Source: Nitrospina sp. (lineage in GTDB: Bacteria; Nitrospinota; Nitrospinia; Nitrospinales; VA-1). From it: a DNA stretch of 64,000 nt. The stretch is taken from assembly GCA_018653085.1 (NCBI GenBank), contig JABIAY010000057.1:3198-67197 (forward strand). Direction: 5' to 3'. The notes under the pieces were generated by a model that ran no database searches, was not told the DNA's origin, and saw only the letters and a program-made list of their open reading frames with translations. The position numbers were made by a program, and so were the translations under genes. The number at the start of each line of letters is the position of its first letter. Positions within the stretch are counted from its first letter, which is position 1. This document shows, in pieces, positions 27,321 to 35,914 of the stretch.

Positions 27321-27412
27321 GCGTGGGGCCAGTGTGCCATCGCTTTTTTGGGCGAGCAAAATGTTGTCTCGGCTTGAAGAATTATTGCTCACTGCCTCCC
27401 ACGCTAGTGGGT
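27311..27412 (+). repeat. Intergenic repeat, family 1 copy, overlapping the polA stop codon
   Basis: CCACCACTAGGCGTGGGGCCAGTGTGCCATCGCTTTTTTGGGCGAGCAAAATGTTGTCTCGGCTTGAAGAATTATTGCTCACTGCCTCCCACGCTAGTGGG is collinear with the 98-bp unit at 37876. Confidence 0.85.
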
Positions 27413-27439
27413 TGCCAGTTACCAGTGAGGTGCTCCGCA

Positions 27440-27805
27440 TTGACTGATAAACGATTACAATTTGGCCGTGAAGGCGAGTCTGCCGCGTTGACTTTTTTGA
27501 AGAAGAAAGGCTATCGCATTCTTGAAAAAAACTTTCGCACGAAAGTGGGGGAGATAGATATTATTGCCGAGCAGGACGGGGTGATCGTTTTTATTGAAGT
27601 CAAGGCGCGTGCGAGTCACGAGTTCGGTCATCCTTTTACAGCCATAACACCAGCAAAGCAGAAAAAAATTATTCAGACCGCCAAAAGTTTTCTTGCTCGA
27701 AAGAGAATCTCGGACAAGCCTATGCGGTTTGATGTAGTGGCCTTGACATCCGATGCGTCTGATTCCTGGCAAATCGAACTGCTTGAGAACGCTTTCCAAG
27801 TTTAA
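27440..27805 (+). CDS. yraN: YraN-family (UPF0102) endonuclease-like protein
   Basis: The motifs GREGESAALTFLKKKGYRILEKNFRTKVGEIDIIA..VFIEVKAR are typical of the family. I propose an in-frame TTG at 27440. The listed ATG at 27287 lies inside polA and the repeat and would add about 50 repeat-encoded residues. Confidence 0.8.
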   Translation: MTDKRLQFGREGESAALTFLKKKGYRILEKNFRTKVGEIDIIAEQDGVIVFIEVKARASHEFGHPFTAITPAKQKKIIQTAKSFLARKRISDKPMRFDVVALTSDASDSWQIELLENAFQV

Positions 27806-27983
27806 CTCGACCTCATTTCCATTGGCTGAAAGACCGATAATAGACAAGATCGCAGGGGGAGCGTAACTTTATAGAGAATTTTTTCAGGGAATCTGCGACT
27901 TTCTTGTATTTTTGGCATCTATATGAAGAATAGAGAGTTAGTGTGGCATTAGTGGCAAAACCGACTTTACAGGAGACAATCCT

Positions 27984-28775
27984 TTGAATTTTATAAAACG
28001 TTTTTTCACAGGTATGAAACAGGATGTGGAGCCAGAGGCACCGGTAATGGTTGAAGAGGTTGAAAAAAGCATTGAGGTTCCTGAACCCGAACCTGAAACC
28101 GAGCCTGAAACCGAGACGAATTTTCCTGCTGTTCGCAGTGTTCTGCAGATCCCGGCTATTTCTACAGGTGTTTTCCCAAAAGACTCCGCTGAAGTTTTAA
28201 TCAAGGCACAACCCTCTACAACGGGGGACCAGTGCCTTTTCACCGTTAATCGGCCTTTGATGAAGGGGTATTCCTGGTATTTTCCGGATTTTGAAAGTGC
28301 GGTGGAATCTTCTCTGGCTGAAGCTCTGTTTTGCCTGGATGATGTAGAAACCGTCTTGGTATGTGAATCCACCGTGACGGTTACTCGCAAGGATAAAACC
28401 CTCGTTGACTGGGTTCCGCTGGCTAAGGAAGTTGGTCCGGCAATCCGAAATGCACTGGGGACGGGCGAAGGGCTTATCGCTGAAAAAATCGTTTCTAATC
28501 TGCCTTCTGAAGAGGAAATTCGTGAGGGCATTCAAAAAGTGATTGATACCGAGGTGAACCCGGGAGTGGCCGGACATGGTGGAAACATCAGCCTGCTTGC
28601 CATTAAAGGAAATTCAGTCACCATACAAATGGGAGGCGGATGTCAGGGGTGCAGTGCCGCTGATTTGACTCTCAAACAGGGGATTCACACCTCATTCAGA
28701 AAGGCTGTGCCCAGGGTGGGCGCGATCTTCGATGAAACCGACCACACTGCGGGTTTGAATCCGTATTTTTCCTGA
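27984..28775 (+). CDS. Nfu/NifU-type Fe-S cluster carrier (Nfu_N-like middle domain + NifU C-terminal domain) with an acidic PE-rich N-terminal linker
   Basis: The C-terminal motif is VIDTEVNPGVAGHGGNISLLAIKG..VTIQMGGGCQGC. An acidic low-complexity stretch VPEPEPETEPETE is present. The start is TTG. Confidence 0.8.
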   Translation: MNFIKRFFTGMKQDVEPEAPVMVEEVEKSIEVPEPEPETEPETETNFPAVRSVLQIPAISTGVFPKDSAEVLIKAQPSTTGDQCLFTVNRPLMKGYSWYFPDFESAVESSLAEALFCLDDVETVLVCESTVTVTRKDKTLVDWVPLAKEVGPAIRNALGTGEGLIAEKIVSNLPSEEEIREGIQKVIDTEVNPGVAGHGGNISLLAIKGNSVTIQMGGGCQGCSAADLTLKQGIHTSFRKAVPRVGAIFDETDHTAGLNPYFS

Positions 28776-28783
28776 GGGGAACC

Positions 28784-29128
28784 ATGCCGAGAGTCAATAC
28801 GTTTAAAGTTAAAGTGCAAACCGGTCCGCAGGGCATGTCTGAGCCTGTACATTTCAATTTCAATAATCATAAACTGCCTTTTGAAAATGCTACGGGATCT
28901 GCGGAGCCTGGAGAGGTTTTTGAGGGGAGTTTTGATGTGAACAGTTTTGCCCATAGCTTGACTCTGGTTGGGCCGGAGTCCGGGAAGTGGGAGATAGAAA
29001 AAATTACCATCGAGTATGACTGCGAAAATGAGAAACCCTACACGGTCCATTTTGGCGCGATCACTTTGGATGAGACGACAGAAGTGAATATCTGGCAGGA
29101 TCCACCTATTTTAGCTTTTGATGTGTAA
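28784..29128 (+). CDS. Hypothetical small protein (possible PLAT/LH2-like beta-sandwich)
   Basis: FKVKVQTG...GEVFEGSFDV...GKWEIEKITIEY loosely resembles PLAT domains. The start lies 9 nt after the Nfu gene. Confidence 0.4.
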   Translation: MPRVNTFKVKVQTGPQGMSEPVHFNFNNHKLPFENATGSAEPGEVFEGSFDVNSFAHSLTLVGPESGKWEIEKITIEYDCENEKPYTVHFGAITLDETTEVNIWQDPPILAFDV

Positions 29129-30011
29129 AACCGCACTCGCTACAGTAGTTAACTTCCCTGCGGGTGAAGCGGGCGTGCAGATCGCCCAGTAGGATATAGT
29201 CTCTGACGGTGGTTTCAATCGGAACGTAATGTTTGGATATCCAGGCCTGTAGCTCTCCGGTTTTGGTCTTGAAAATTTCTTTTGGCACAATGATGTTGAA
29301 TAACAGCTCATCGTTTTTTTCTCGCTCCTCTGCAACCCTGAACTGTTCCTGATCCTGTTCCGACCAGATATGAACGGAGATTTCATCATGTCCCTTTTCG
29401 GGGACGGTTTTGATTTTGAATTTCCTTCCCTTTTCTAACTTGCCATAAACTCCATTGCGTACATTGTAAAAAGAGGTGAGGATGTCGTTGAAGTCCTTTC
29501 CAGGGGGAATCTCATTCTGTCCTGTTTCCACCTGGTCCTCATTCACATGGACCGCCCAAGAATGCGATCGAGTGACATAATCAAACTTATGATGGGTAGT
29601 TTCTACCTGACTGCCAATGGTAACCTGTCGCAGGAAGGTTTTGGGCCGGAGTTTTTTGCCATTATCAAGGATTTCAAATTCAGTCTTGTAAAAATGTTTG
29701 CGATAGGATGTAAAAAAACCGACAAAGCCTTTGGTGCTGGCTTCCAGAACTGAAAAATATTTCCCCTGTTCCTCAAAAAAGCTCACTTTGGCCGAGGCGG
29801 CATTTTCAAACCACAGGAAGCTGATGTCGTAGTACAGGCTTTCTCCGGAAAACCGGGTTATTTCCCCTGCCGGGAGGAAGTCATTATACTCGCCAGGCGT
29901 TACTGGTTTGGCTGGTTTTTCTCCCAGGGCATGGGTGGTTGAGCAAAAGCAGATCAAGCCGAAAATGGGGATGATCAGGAGAAAATGGCGTTGTAGGGGG
30001 CTGAAACTCAT
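29106..30011 (-). CDS. DUF3108-like secreted protein
   Basis: It has a signal peptide and the motif GESLYYDISFLWFENAASAKVSFFEE, typical of DUF3108. Its 3' end overlaps the convergent gene by 23 nt. Confidence 0.55.
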   Translation of the reverse strand: MSFSPLQRHFLLIIPIFGLICFCSTTHALGEKPAKPVTPGEYNDFLPAGEITRFSGESLYYDISFLWFENAASAKVSFFEEQGKYFSVLEASTKGFVGFFTSYRKHFYKTEFEILDNGKKLRPKTFLRQVTIGSQVETTHHKFDYVTRSHSWAVHVNEDQVETGQNEIPPGKDFNDILTSFYNVRNGVYGKLEKGRKFKIKTVPEKGHDEISVHIWSEQDQEQFRVAEEREKNDELLFNIIVPKEIFKTKTGELQAWISKHYVPIETTVRDYILLGDLHARFTRREVNYCSECGFTHQKLK

Positions 30012-30132
30012 GGTTTCGGGCAGAAAAAAAATGAAAAAAAAGTTGTTATATTTTTTAATATTATTTTAGAATGGGAAAAGATCAGTTTGTTGAACCCTTA
30101 GCCCCTCGGGGGCCATTACCTAATTAGCCGCT

Positions 30133-30453
30133 ATGTCAGTAGAAACATTACCTTTTTCGCCGGGAGTTATTGAGGAATCTGAGGGGGAAACCCGTCGAGC
30201 CTATCTCCCGCTCTATAAAATTATTATGTGGGACGATAACGTCACCACTATGGAATTCGTTATTCGGGTTCTGATTAAATTGTTCAGCAAAGATTACTCG
30301 ACTGCGGAAAAGCTGATGTATGAAGTTCATCTCCATGGTGCGGCCCTTGTCGAGACTCTGCCACTGGAACAGGCTGAGTTTAAGGTGGAACAAGTGCACG
30401 CCGCCGCCGCTATGGAAGAGTTCCCCTTCACTTGCACCATTGAGCCTGTCTGA
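30133..30453 (+). CDS. clpS: ATP-dependent Clp protease adaptor ClpS
   Basis: YKIIMWDDNVTTMEFVIRVLIKLF...AEKLMYEVHLHGAALV matches the ClpS core. Confidence 0.9.
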   Translation: MSVETLPFSPGVIEESEGETRRAYLPLYKIIMWDDNVTTMEFVIRVLIKLFSKDYSTAEKLMYEVHLHGAALVETLPLEQAEFKVEQVHAAAAMEEFPFTCTIEPV

Positions 30454-30465
30454 TTAAGGCAAGTT

Positions 30466-31758
30466 TTACCCCTGCCTGTTTTCGAGCGCAACGTAATCCC
30501 TTTTAGATGAGCCCTTATACAATTGTCGTGGACGACCAATTTTGAACATCTTGTCTTCCTGAAGTTCCTTCCATTGAGCGATCCAGCCCGGTAGGCGGCC
30601 CATCGCGAACATAACCGGAAACATATTAACGGGAATGTTCAAGGCTCTATAAATCAAGCCCGAATAAAAATCCACATTGGGGTAAAGTTTTTTCTCAATA
30701 AAGTAATCGTCTTTAATGGCGACCTCTTCGAGTTGCAAAGCGATATCAAGGAGCGGCTCCTGAACTCCCGGTTTGTTGAAAATTTTGTCGGCCAGTTTTT
30801 TGATGATTCGGCTACGCGGGTCAAAGTTTTTGTAAACCCGGTGTCCAAATCCCATCAGCCGGAAAGGGTCGTTGGAGTCTTTGGCCTTTTGCACATACTT
30901 GTTAACGTCCCCCCCATCATCATGAATGTGCTGTAACATTTCAATGACGGCTTGGTTAGCGCCTCCGTGGAGAGGACCCCACAAAGCATAAATAGCGGAC
31001 GACACCGATGCAAACAGGTTGCACATGGAGCTTCCGACCAGGCGAACGGTACTGGTGGAGCAATTTTGCTCATGGTCGGCATGCAGAATCAATAGAACAT
31101 CCAGAACTTTAGCCGCATCCTCATCTACTTCATAGGGTTCGCAGGGAAGAGAAAACATCATTTTTAAAAAGTTTGCGGAATAGCTCAGAGTATTGTCGGG
31201 ATATTGAAAGGGCTGGCCGATGGATTTTTTATAACTGTATGCCGCAATGGTTGGTAGCTTTGCCATCAGCCTGTGGGTGGCGATTTCCACCTCCCGCTCG
31301 TTTCTGACGTCCAATTCATTTTGATAGAAAGTTGCCAGGGAACCGACAACCGCACTGCATACCGCCATAGGGTGTGGGTTGTTGGGAAATCCATCATAGA
31401 GGTTCTTAATGGATTCATGAACCATGGAATGGTGTACCAAGTGGTGCTTAAAGTAGTCGAGTTGCTCAAGGGTTGGGAGTTCACCATAGATGAGAAGACA
31501 AGCGGTTTCGATAAAGGAACTTTTCTCGGCGATCTGCTCGATGGGATAGCCCCTGTACAGCAGGACCCCTTTTTCTCCATCCAGATAGGTGATCTCGCTC
31601 TGACAGGACCCTGTGCTCATATACCCCGGATCAAAAGTAATCAGTCCTGTGGTATTCCTCAGAGAGGAAATGTCTATAGCTTTTTCTCCGCAGGTACCCT
31701 CTAGAACCGGGAACTCATAGGTTTTTCCCTGATAGGTGAGCTTGACGGTTTCTGCCAT
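30466..31758 (-). CDS. gltA: Citrate synthase (type II)
   Basis: At 430 aa it carries the motifs LILHADHEQNCSTSTVR, GPLHGGAN and GFGHRVYKNFDPR. Confidence 0.95.
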   Translation of the reverse strand: MAETVKLTYQGKTYEFPVLEGTCGEKAIDISSLRNTTGLITFDPGYMSTGSCQSEITYLDGEKGVLLYRGYPIEQIAEKSSFIETACLLIYGELPTLEQLDYFKHHLVHHSMVHESIKNLYDGFPNNPHPMAVCSAVVGSLATFYQNELDVRNEREVEIATHRLMAKLPTIAAYSYKKSIGQPFQYPDNTLSYSANFLKMMFSLPCEPYEVDEDAAKVLDVLLILHADHEQNCSTSTVRLVGSSMCNLFASVSSAIYALWGPLHGGANQAVIEMLQHIHDDGGDVNKYVQKAKDSNDPFRLMGFGHRVYKNFDPRSRIIKKLADKIFNKPGVQEPLLDIALQLEEVAIKDDYFIEKKLYPNVDFYSGLIYRALNIPVNMFPVMFAMGRLPGWIAQWKELQEDKMFKIGRPRQLYKGSSKRDYVALENRQG

Positions 31759-31882
31759 GGTTATCCTCCGGTTATATGGGATTCCGGGTGTTCGTTATGG
31801 TTAAGAATTGCAAAGCCGCTGTTACTCTGTATTATAAACCCTGTTGGCGGGTTTGAAAAACTTTGTTTTTTTAGGATAATTC

Positions 31883-33118
31883 GTGATGAAAAAAAACGGA
31901 CTTTTATATCTGATGGTTGCCGGCATTGTGCTGGGAATTTTTTCCGGATGGATGTTTGGAAGCAAGATGCTGGTGGTGGAGTGGATCGGCGAGATGTTTC
32001 TGGATGCCTTGAAAATGCTGGTGGTGCCCTTAATTATTTCCTCAATGATTGTTGGTATTGCGGGTTTGGGAGACATAAGGAAGGTAGGAAAAACCGGCCT
32101 GATCGCACTGGGATATTTCATGGCCACCACTTGCATTGCCGTAATTATCGGATTGGTGATGGTCAACATTATCGAACCGGGGGTCGCGGTTGAGATGACG
32201 GTGGAACAAGTCCCGGAAAAAGTCGCGGGCAAAGAATCTGTTGGCGTCACCGACATTCTTAAAAGTTTTGTTTCCCCCAACCTGGTGGAATCGATGGTGA
32301 ATATGGACATTCTTCCCCTCATCGTGTTTTCCCTGATATTCGGCGGAGTTTTAACAACCCTGGGTGAGCCGGGCAAACGGGCGATTGACTTTTTTGATAC
32401 CGTCAACGCCGCAGTCATGAAGATTGTTCACCTGTTGATGTATTTTGCTCCGATCGGGGTTTTTGCGTTGATCGCATCCAAACTGGGTGCCGCCGGAGGC
32501 GGGGATCTGTTTCTGGCGGAGTTGGCAAAAATCGGGAAATATGCCACAACCGTTATCTCCGCACTTTTGATTCATGGACTTGTGGTTTTGCCGACGGTTC
32601 TCTATCTGACCACCCGGAGAAATCCTGCTACCTATTTTAAAAATGTGACGGGAGCATTGACTACGGCTTTTTCAACAGCGAGCAGTTCCGCCACCTTGCC
32701 GATCACCATCGAGTGCGCCGAGGAAAACAACCGGGTCTCCCGCAAAGCCTCTCTTTTTGTCCTGCCCCTGGGGGCTACAGTGAATATGGATGGCACGGCT
32801 CTTTATGAATCGGTTGCGGCCTTGTTTATTGCACAAATGTTGGGGATTGAACTGAGTTTCGGAGAACAGATGATCGTATTTCTTACGGCAACACTGGCCG
32901 CCGTAGGTGCGGCTGGAATTCCGGAAGCCGGGCTGGTCACCATGGTGATGGTGCTACAGTCTGTCGGGCTTCCCCTGGAGGGAATCGGTATGCTTCTTTC
33001 CATAGACTGGTTTCTGGACCGATGCAGGACTACGGTCAATGTTTGGGGAGACTCCATTGGTGCCGCAGTGGTAGATACTCTAGAAGAAAAGTGGGTAGAG
33101 AGAGGAGGCGAAAATTGA
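31883..33118 (+). CDS. Dicarboxylate/amino acid:cation symporter (DAACS family)
   Basis: The protein is multi-TM and carries the family motifs SSSATLP, GATVNMDGTALYE and DRCRTTVNVWGDS. Confidence 0.9.
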   Translation: MMKKNGLLYLMVAGIVLGIFSGWMFGSKMLVVEWIGEMFLDALKMLVVPLIISSMIVGIAGLGDIRKVGKTGLIALGYFMATTCIAVIIGLVMVNIIEPGVAVEMTVEQVPEKVAGKESVGVTDILKSFVSPNLVESMVNMDILPLIVFSLIFGGVLTTLGEPGKRAIDFFDTVNAAVMKIVHLLMYFAPIGVFALIASKLGAAGGGDLFLAELAKIGKYATTVISALLIHGLVVLPTVLYLTTRRNPATYFKNVTGALTTAFSTASSSATLPITIECAEENNRVSRKASLFVLPLGATVNMDGTALYESVAALFIAQMLGIELSFGEQMIVFLTATLAAVGAAGIPEAGLVTMVMVLQSVGLPLEGIGMLLSIDWFLDRCRTTVNVWGDSIGAAVVDTLEEKWVERGGEN

Positions 33119-33480
33119 TCACATTGGCGTTGGCCGGAATAGTCATAGGTATTATTTCTTCGGGGTCTGGTCTTGGAGGGGGCTTTCTGGTGGTTCCCCT
33201 GTTGATCTTCCTGGGCCGGGAGGCCAAACTGGCGGTAGGCACAGCCTTTGTTTTTATTCTGATGACGGCGATATCTTCTATTCTAACGCATTACCGGTTA
33301 GGAAATATTGACCTTAGAACCGGATTGATTCTGGCTTTGGGGGGCGTGATCGGCGCGCAAATTGGGCCTCACCTGATGCAACATGTGTCCGACCATAATT
33401 TTAAACGGTTGTTCTCCGTGCTTCTGGTGATCACGGCAGTCTGGCTTTTCGCCAACTCCTTTACCAGTTCTGAAGGATAG
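33115..33480 (+). CDS. Half-size (about 4-TM) TSUP / TauE-SafE-family membrane protein
   Basis: GIISSGSGLGGGFLVVPLLIFLG is the TSUP signature. The proposed TTG start at 33115 follows an AGAGGAGG SD and overlaps the symporter stop (TTGA). The product is only about 121 aa, against about 250 aa for typical family members. Confidence 0.6.
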   Translation: MITLALAGIVIGIISSGSGLGGGFLVVPLLIFLGREAKLAVGTAFVFILMTAISSILTHYRLGNIDLRTGLILALGGVIGAQIGPHLMQHVSDHNFKRLFSVLLVITAVWLFANSFTSSEG

Positions 33481-33481
33481 G

Positions 33482-33922
33482 TCAGGAATCGTTTTTATTG
33501 CAGGTGCCGCGTACCAGCCGAACAGCAAAAGGGCCTTCCCCGAATTTGTTGATCCAACTGGAACGGCCCTTGACCAAACTGAACAGCATGGCGCGCTCGC
33601 CATTGACTGTGTCCGTCCAGGTGCAATCTGCGCATTTGGGCTCGAACTCTGCTGGAATGTGAATTTCAGTATTTCCAAAATCCCGCAGGCTGAAACTTTT
33701 GTCAAAAATAGTTTTGACATCTTCCAGCTTCGGTACCCTCCAGTCGTTGAAACCAGCAAAGTTTTCCGTATTTTTTTCCTCGGCAAACTTCATGGCTTTT
33801 TCCAGATGAATCCATTTTCCCATTAACTGCCGGGAATCCTTCTTAAACCAGGTCAGGCTGGTTTGGTTATCCGTGATGGTATCGTTTCCATTGTCTATGA
33901 ATCGGGACATGGTGAACCTCAT
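33482..33922 (-). CDS. DUF1566 (Lcl C-terminal domain)-like protein
   Basis: FIDNGNDTITDNQTSLTWFKKDS...FNDWRVPKLEDVKTIFD matches the DUF1566 pattern (DNGDGTVTD..TGLMW...DWRLP...EL). No obvious signal peptide is present. Confidence 0.55.
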   Translation of the reverse strand: MRFTMSRFIDNGNDTITDNQTSLTWFKKDSRQLMGKWIHLEKAMKFAEEKNTENFAGFNDWRVPKLEDVKTIFDKSFSLRDFGNTEIHIPAEFEPKCADCTWTDTVNGERAMLFSLVKGRSSWINKFGEGPFAVRLVRGTCNKNDS

Positions 33923-34083
33923 AAAAGTGCATGATCATTGTAGAATGATTGTAGCAGAATTTGGTGGGAGCAGAGAGCTTGCCTGATGAGTTTTCTCTTG
34001 CCGCGAGGGCAGACGGTTTGTTATGCCGAGAGAACATTTTCCAGCGGGGGTTCCCCGCTTGGTGGGAATGCAGGCATAAAAAA

Positions 34084-34112
34084 AGCCGGTAAGGCAATTT
34101 GCCCTACCGGCT
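34084..34112 (-). terminator. Bidirectional-type rho-independent terminator (copy 1)
   Basis: The hairpin AGCCGGTAAGGCA-attt-GCCCTACCGGCT is flanked by an A-run and a T-run. It is nearly identical to the hairpin at 35384-35410. Confidence 0.8.
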
Positions 34113-34146
34113 TTTTCCTCAGGTGAGGCTTAAAACTTTTTATTCT

Positions 34147-34602
34147 TTACTTGAGGTTCTGGTTCATGGTCGGGTGATCGATTTCGCAGTCACCTTGAGA
34201 AACCAGATTTTCCTGCATATAACCTTTGCGGTTCTGGTTCATCGCTTTGCGATACGCACCATCAGAGTTGTCGCCACGGCAGTCGCCTACTACGAGGCCA
34301 ACAACGCCACCAGCATCTTCAACGCTTTTCCATTGTTTCCAAGACTGCTCAGTCTGGGAAGAGCCGAACTGATAATTCTGCATTACACCAGAAATGCTTC
34401 GAGCATTTGCCGCTCTAGAACTCAGGTTGACCGCATTGGTCAAAGCTCTGTCTTTAGCGCCCATTTGCATCATGGTCTGACTTACACCAATACCGGCACC
34501 ATTTGATTGACCATAAGCTCCAGGAATTGTGTTGTCAGCACTAGCCAATGTTGCGAACCCTACGAATGCACTTACTGCTACGAACAAAATTGCTTTTTTC
34601 AT
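34147..34602 (-). CDS. Small secreted protein of unknown function, paralogue A
   Basis: It has a GGAGGAAG SD and the signal peptide MKKAILFVAVSAFVGFATLASA. A G/S/N/Q/A-rich N-half is followed by the conserved C-half QFGSSQTEQSWKQWKSVEDAGGVVGLV.GDCRGDNSDGAYRK.MNQNRKGYM...LVSQGDCE. Confidence 0.7.
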   Translation of the reverse strand: MKKAILFVAVSAFVGFATLASADNTIPGAYGQSNGAGIGVSQTMMQMGAKDRALTNAVNLSSRAANARSISGVMQNYQFGSSQTEQSWKQWKSVEDAGGVVGLVVGDCRGDNSDGAYRKAMNQNRKGYMQENLVSQGDCEIDHPTMNQNLK

Positions 34603-34869
34603 TACTTCCTCCCCTAAGGATGAAATTTGAAATAAAAACTTCCTGATTCTAACGATTTGTTTTTTGCCGGGGTATAGGGTAAACGCTGTTTTTTTGTGTG
34701 GGCGGTAGTCCTATGCGTTGCAGGGTTTGTTTTTAGTGTTGAGTTTTGCGGGAGTCTGAAAAAACAAGGTAGAGGAAAAATTCACAACGATATGATGTGC
34801 TTCGGTTAAGGGTTTTGCTTGAGAATATGTAGTCCTTATGCCTACGCGGTTTTGTTGGCGGTAGGGTGG

Positions 34870-35316
34870 TCAATCCGGGGAAGAAAACTCTATTCCCTGA
34901 AAGCCATAAGGTAGGTAAGAGGGATGGGGTAGCGAGAAGAAACCCCCATCGAAAGGCGGATTGAGTGCTTCTGCAATTACTTTTTTGTAATCATGCTGGC
35001 TTGCCTCGCAGGATCTGAAAAAACACCAGCGGAAATGGACAGGGCGGCTCTTATCTCTTTTGAGGAGGATGCCAAAAATGTCCTTCTCGTTGAAAAAAAA
35101 CTGCAAGCTGAATGCTTTGTGGTTGACCTGATAGGTCTTTCCTCTGGGGAGTTTCGAAATTTCCATGGGGTTGGGGACAGTTACTCCGGTTTGCGGGGAG
35201 GTTTTAAAAGAAACCCTTTCCATGGCCCATAAACAGGGTGGGGATAAGCTGAGCAAAACCGATAACAGATAAACTCTGAAGAATGTTTGCGCCGGAGGGA
35301 GGGGTTTTTTAGGCAT
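34870..35316 (-). CDS. Hypothetical secreted protein
   Basis: It has a hydrophobic N-terminal signal (FFRVYLLSVLLSLSPPCLWA) and no recognisable domain. It lies between the two paralogues. Confidence 0.45.
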   Translation of the reverse strand: MPKKPLPPAQTFFRVYLLSVLLSLSPPCLWAMERVSFKTSPQTGVTVPNPMEISKLPRGKTYQVNHKAFSLQFFFNEKDIFGILLKRDKSRPVHFRWCFFRSCEASQHDYKKVIAEALNPPFDGGFFSLPHPSYLPYGFQGIEFSSPD

Positions 35317-35383
35317 AGTGAGGAAACCAGAAAGGTTGTGACCTCGAATCTTAATCGAACCAAGAGCTGAAATGCAAAAAAAA

Positions 35384-35410
35384 GCCGGTAGGGCAATTTG
35401 CCCTACCGGC
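35384..35410 (-). terminator. Rho-independent terminator (copy 2)
   Basis: A perfect 11-bp stem (GCCGGTAGGGC-aattt-GCCCTACCGGC) is followed by T8 on the minus strand. Confidence 0.8.
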
Positions 35411-35455
35411 CTTTCCCTCTATAAAGAGGTGAAACTTAATTTTGCGATGAAGCGA

Positions 35456-35914
35456 TTATTTCAATGTGGGATGATATGCTTCGCAGTCACCTTGAGAAAC
35501 CAGTCTTTCCGCCATATAACCTTTGCGGTTCTGGTTCATCTGCTTGCGATAGGCACCATCAGAGTTGTCGCCACGACAGTCTCCCGGTACCAAGCCAACA
35601 ACACCACCTGCATCTTCAACACTTTTCCATTGTTTCCAAGACTGCTCAGTCTGGGAAGAGCCGAACTGGAAGTTGCCACCGGAAGCCCCTCCAGAGTAAT
35701 CAGATCTTGCATTACCGGCTCCAGAAGCCAGATTGACCGCGTTGGTCAGAGCTCTCGTGCTGGCTCCCATTGACATCATGGATTGGCTTACACCAATGCC
35801 GGCACCTAGTGTTGATGGAGTATAACCTCCTGGAACTGTCTCATCAGCACTGGCGCTCAATGCCGTGAACCCTAGAAATGCACTTACTGTTACGAACAAA
35901 ATTACCTTTTTCAT
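35456..35914 (-). CDS. Small secreted protein of unknown function, paralogue B
   Basis: The start at MKKVILFVTVSAFLGFTALSASA (ATG 35914, GGGGAGG SD) is preferred over 35965. The C-terminal half is nearly identical to paralogue A. Confidence 0.7.
   Translation of the reverse strand: MKKVILFVTVSAFLGFTALSASADETVPGGYTPSTLGAGIGVSQSMMSMGASTRALTNAVNLASGAGNARSDYSGGASGGNFQFGSSQTEQSWKQWKSVEDAGGVVGLVPGDCRGDNSDGAYRKQMNQNRKGYMAERLVSQGDCEAYHPTLK

Noticed and set aside
27287-27439. The listed ATG start of the YraN-family ORF inside polA
   Set aside because: The first ~50 codons would be translated from the polA 3' end and the family 1 repeat. YraN homology begins only at the in-frame TTG at 27440.
34200-34290. 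The RGD tripeptide (GDCRGDNSDG) in both secreted paralogues as a possible integrin-type adhesion motif
   Set aside because: A tripeptide match has no predictive value in a free-living bacterial context. I noted it only as part of the conserved Cys-flanked loop.
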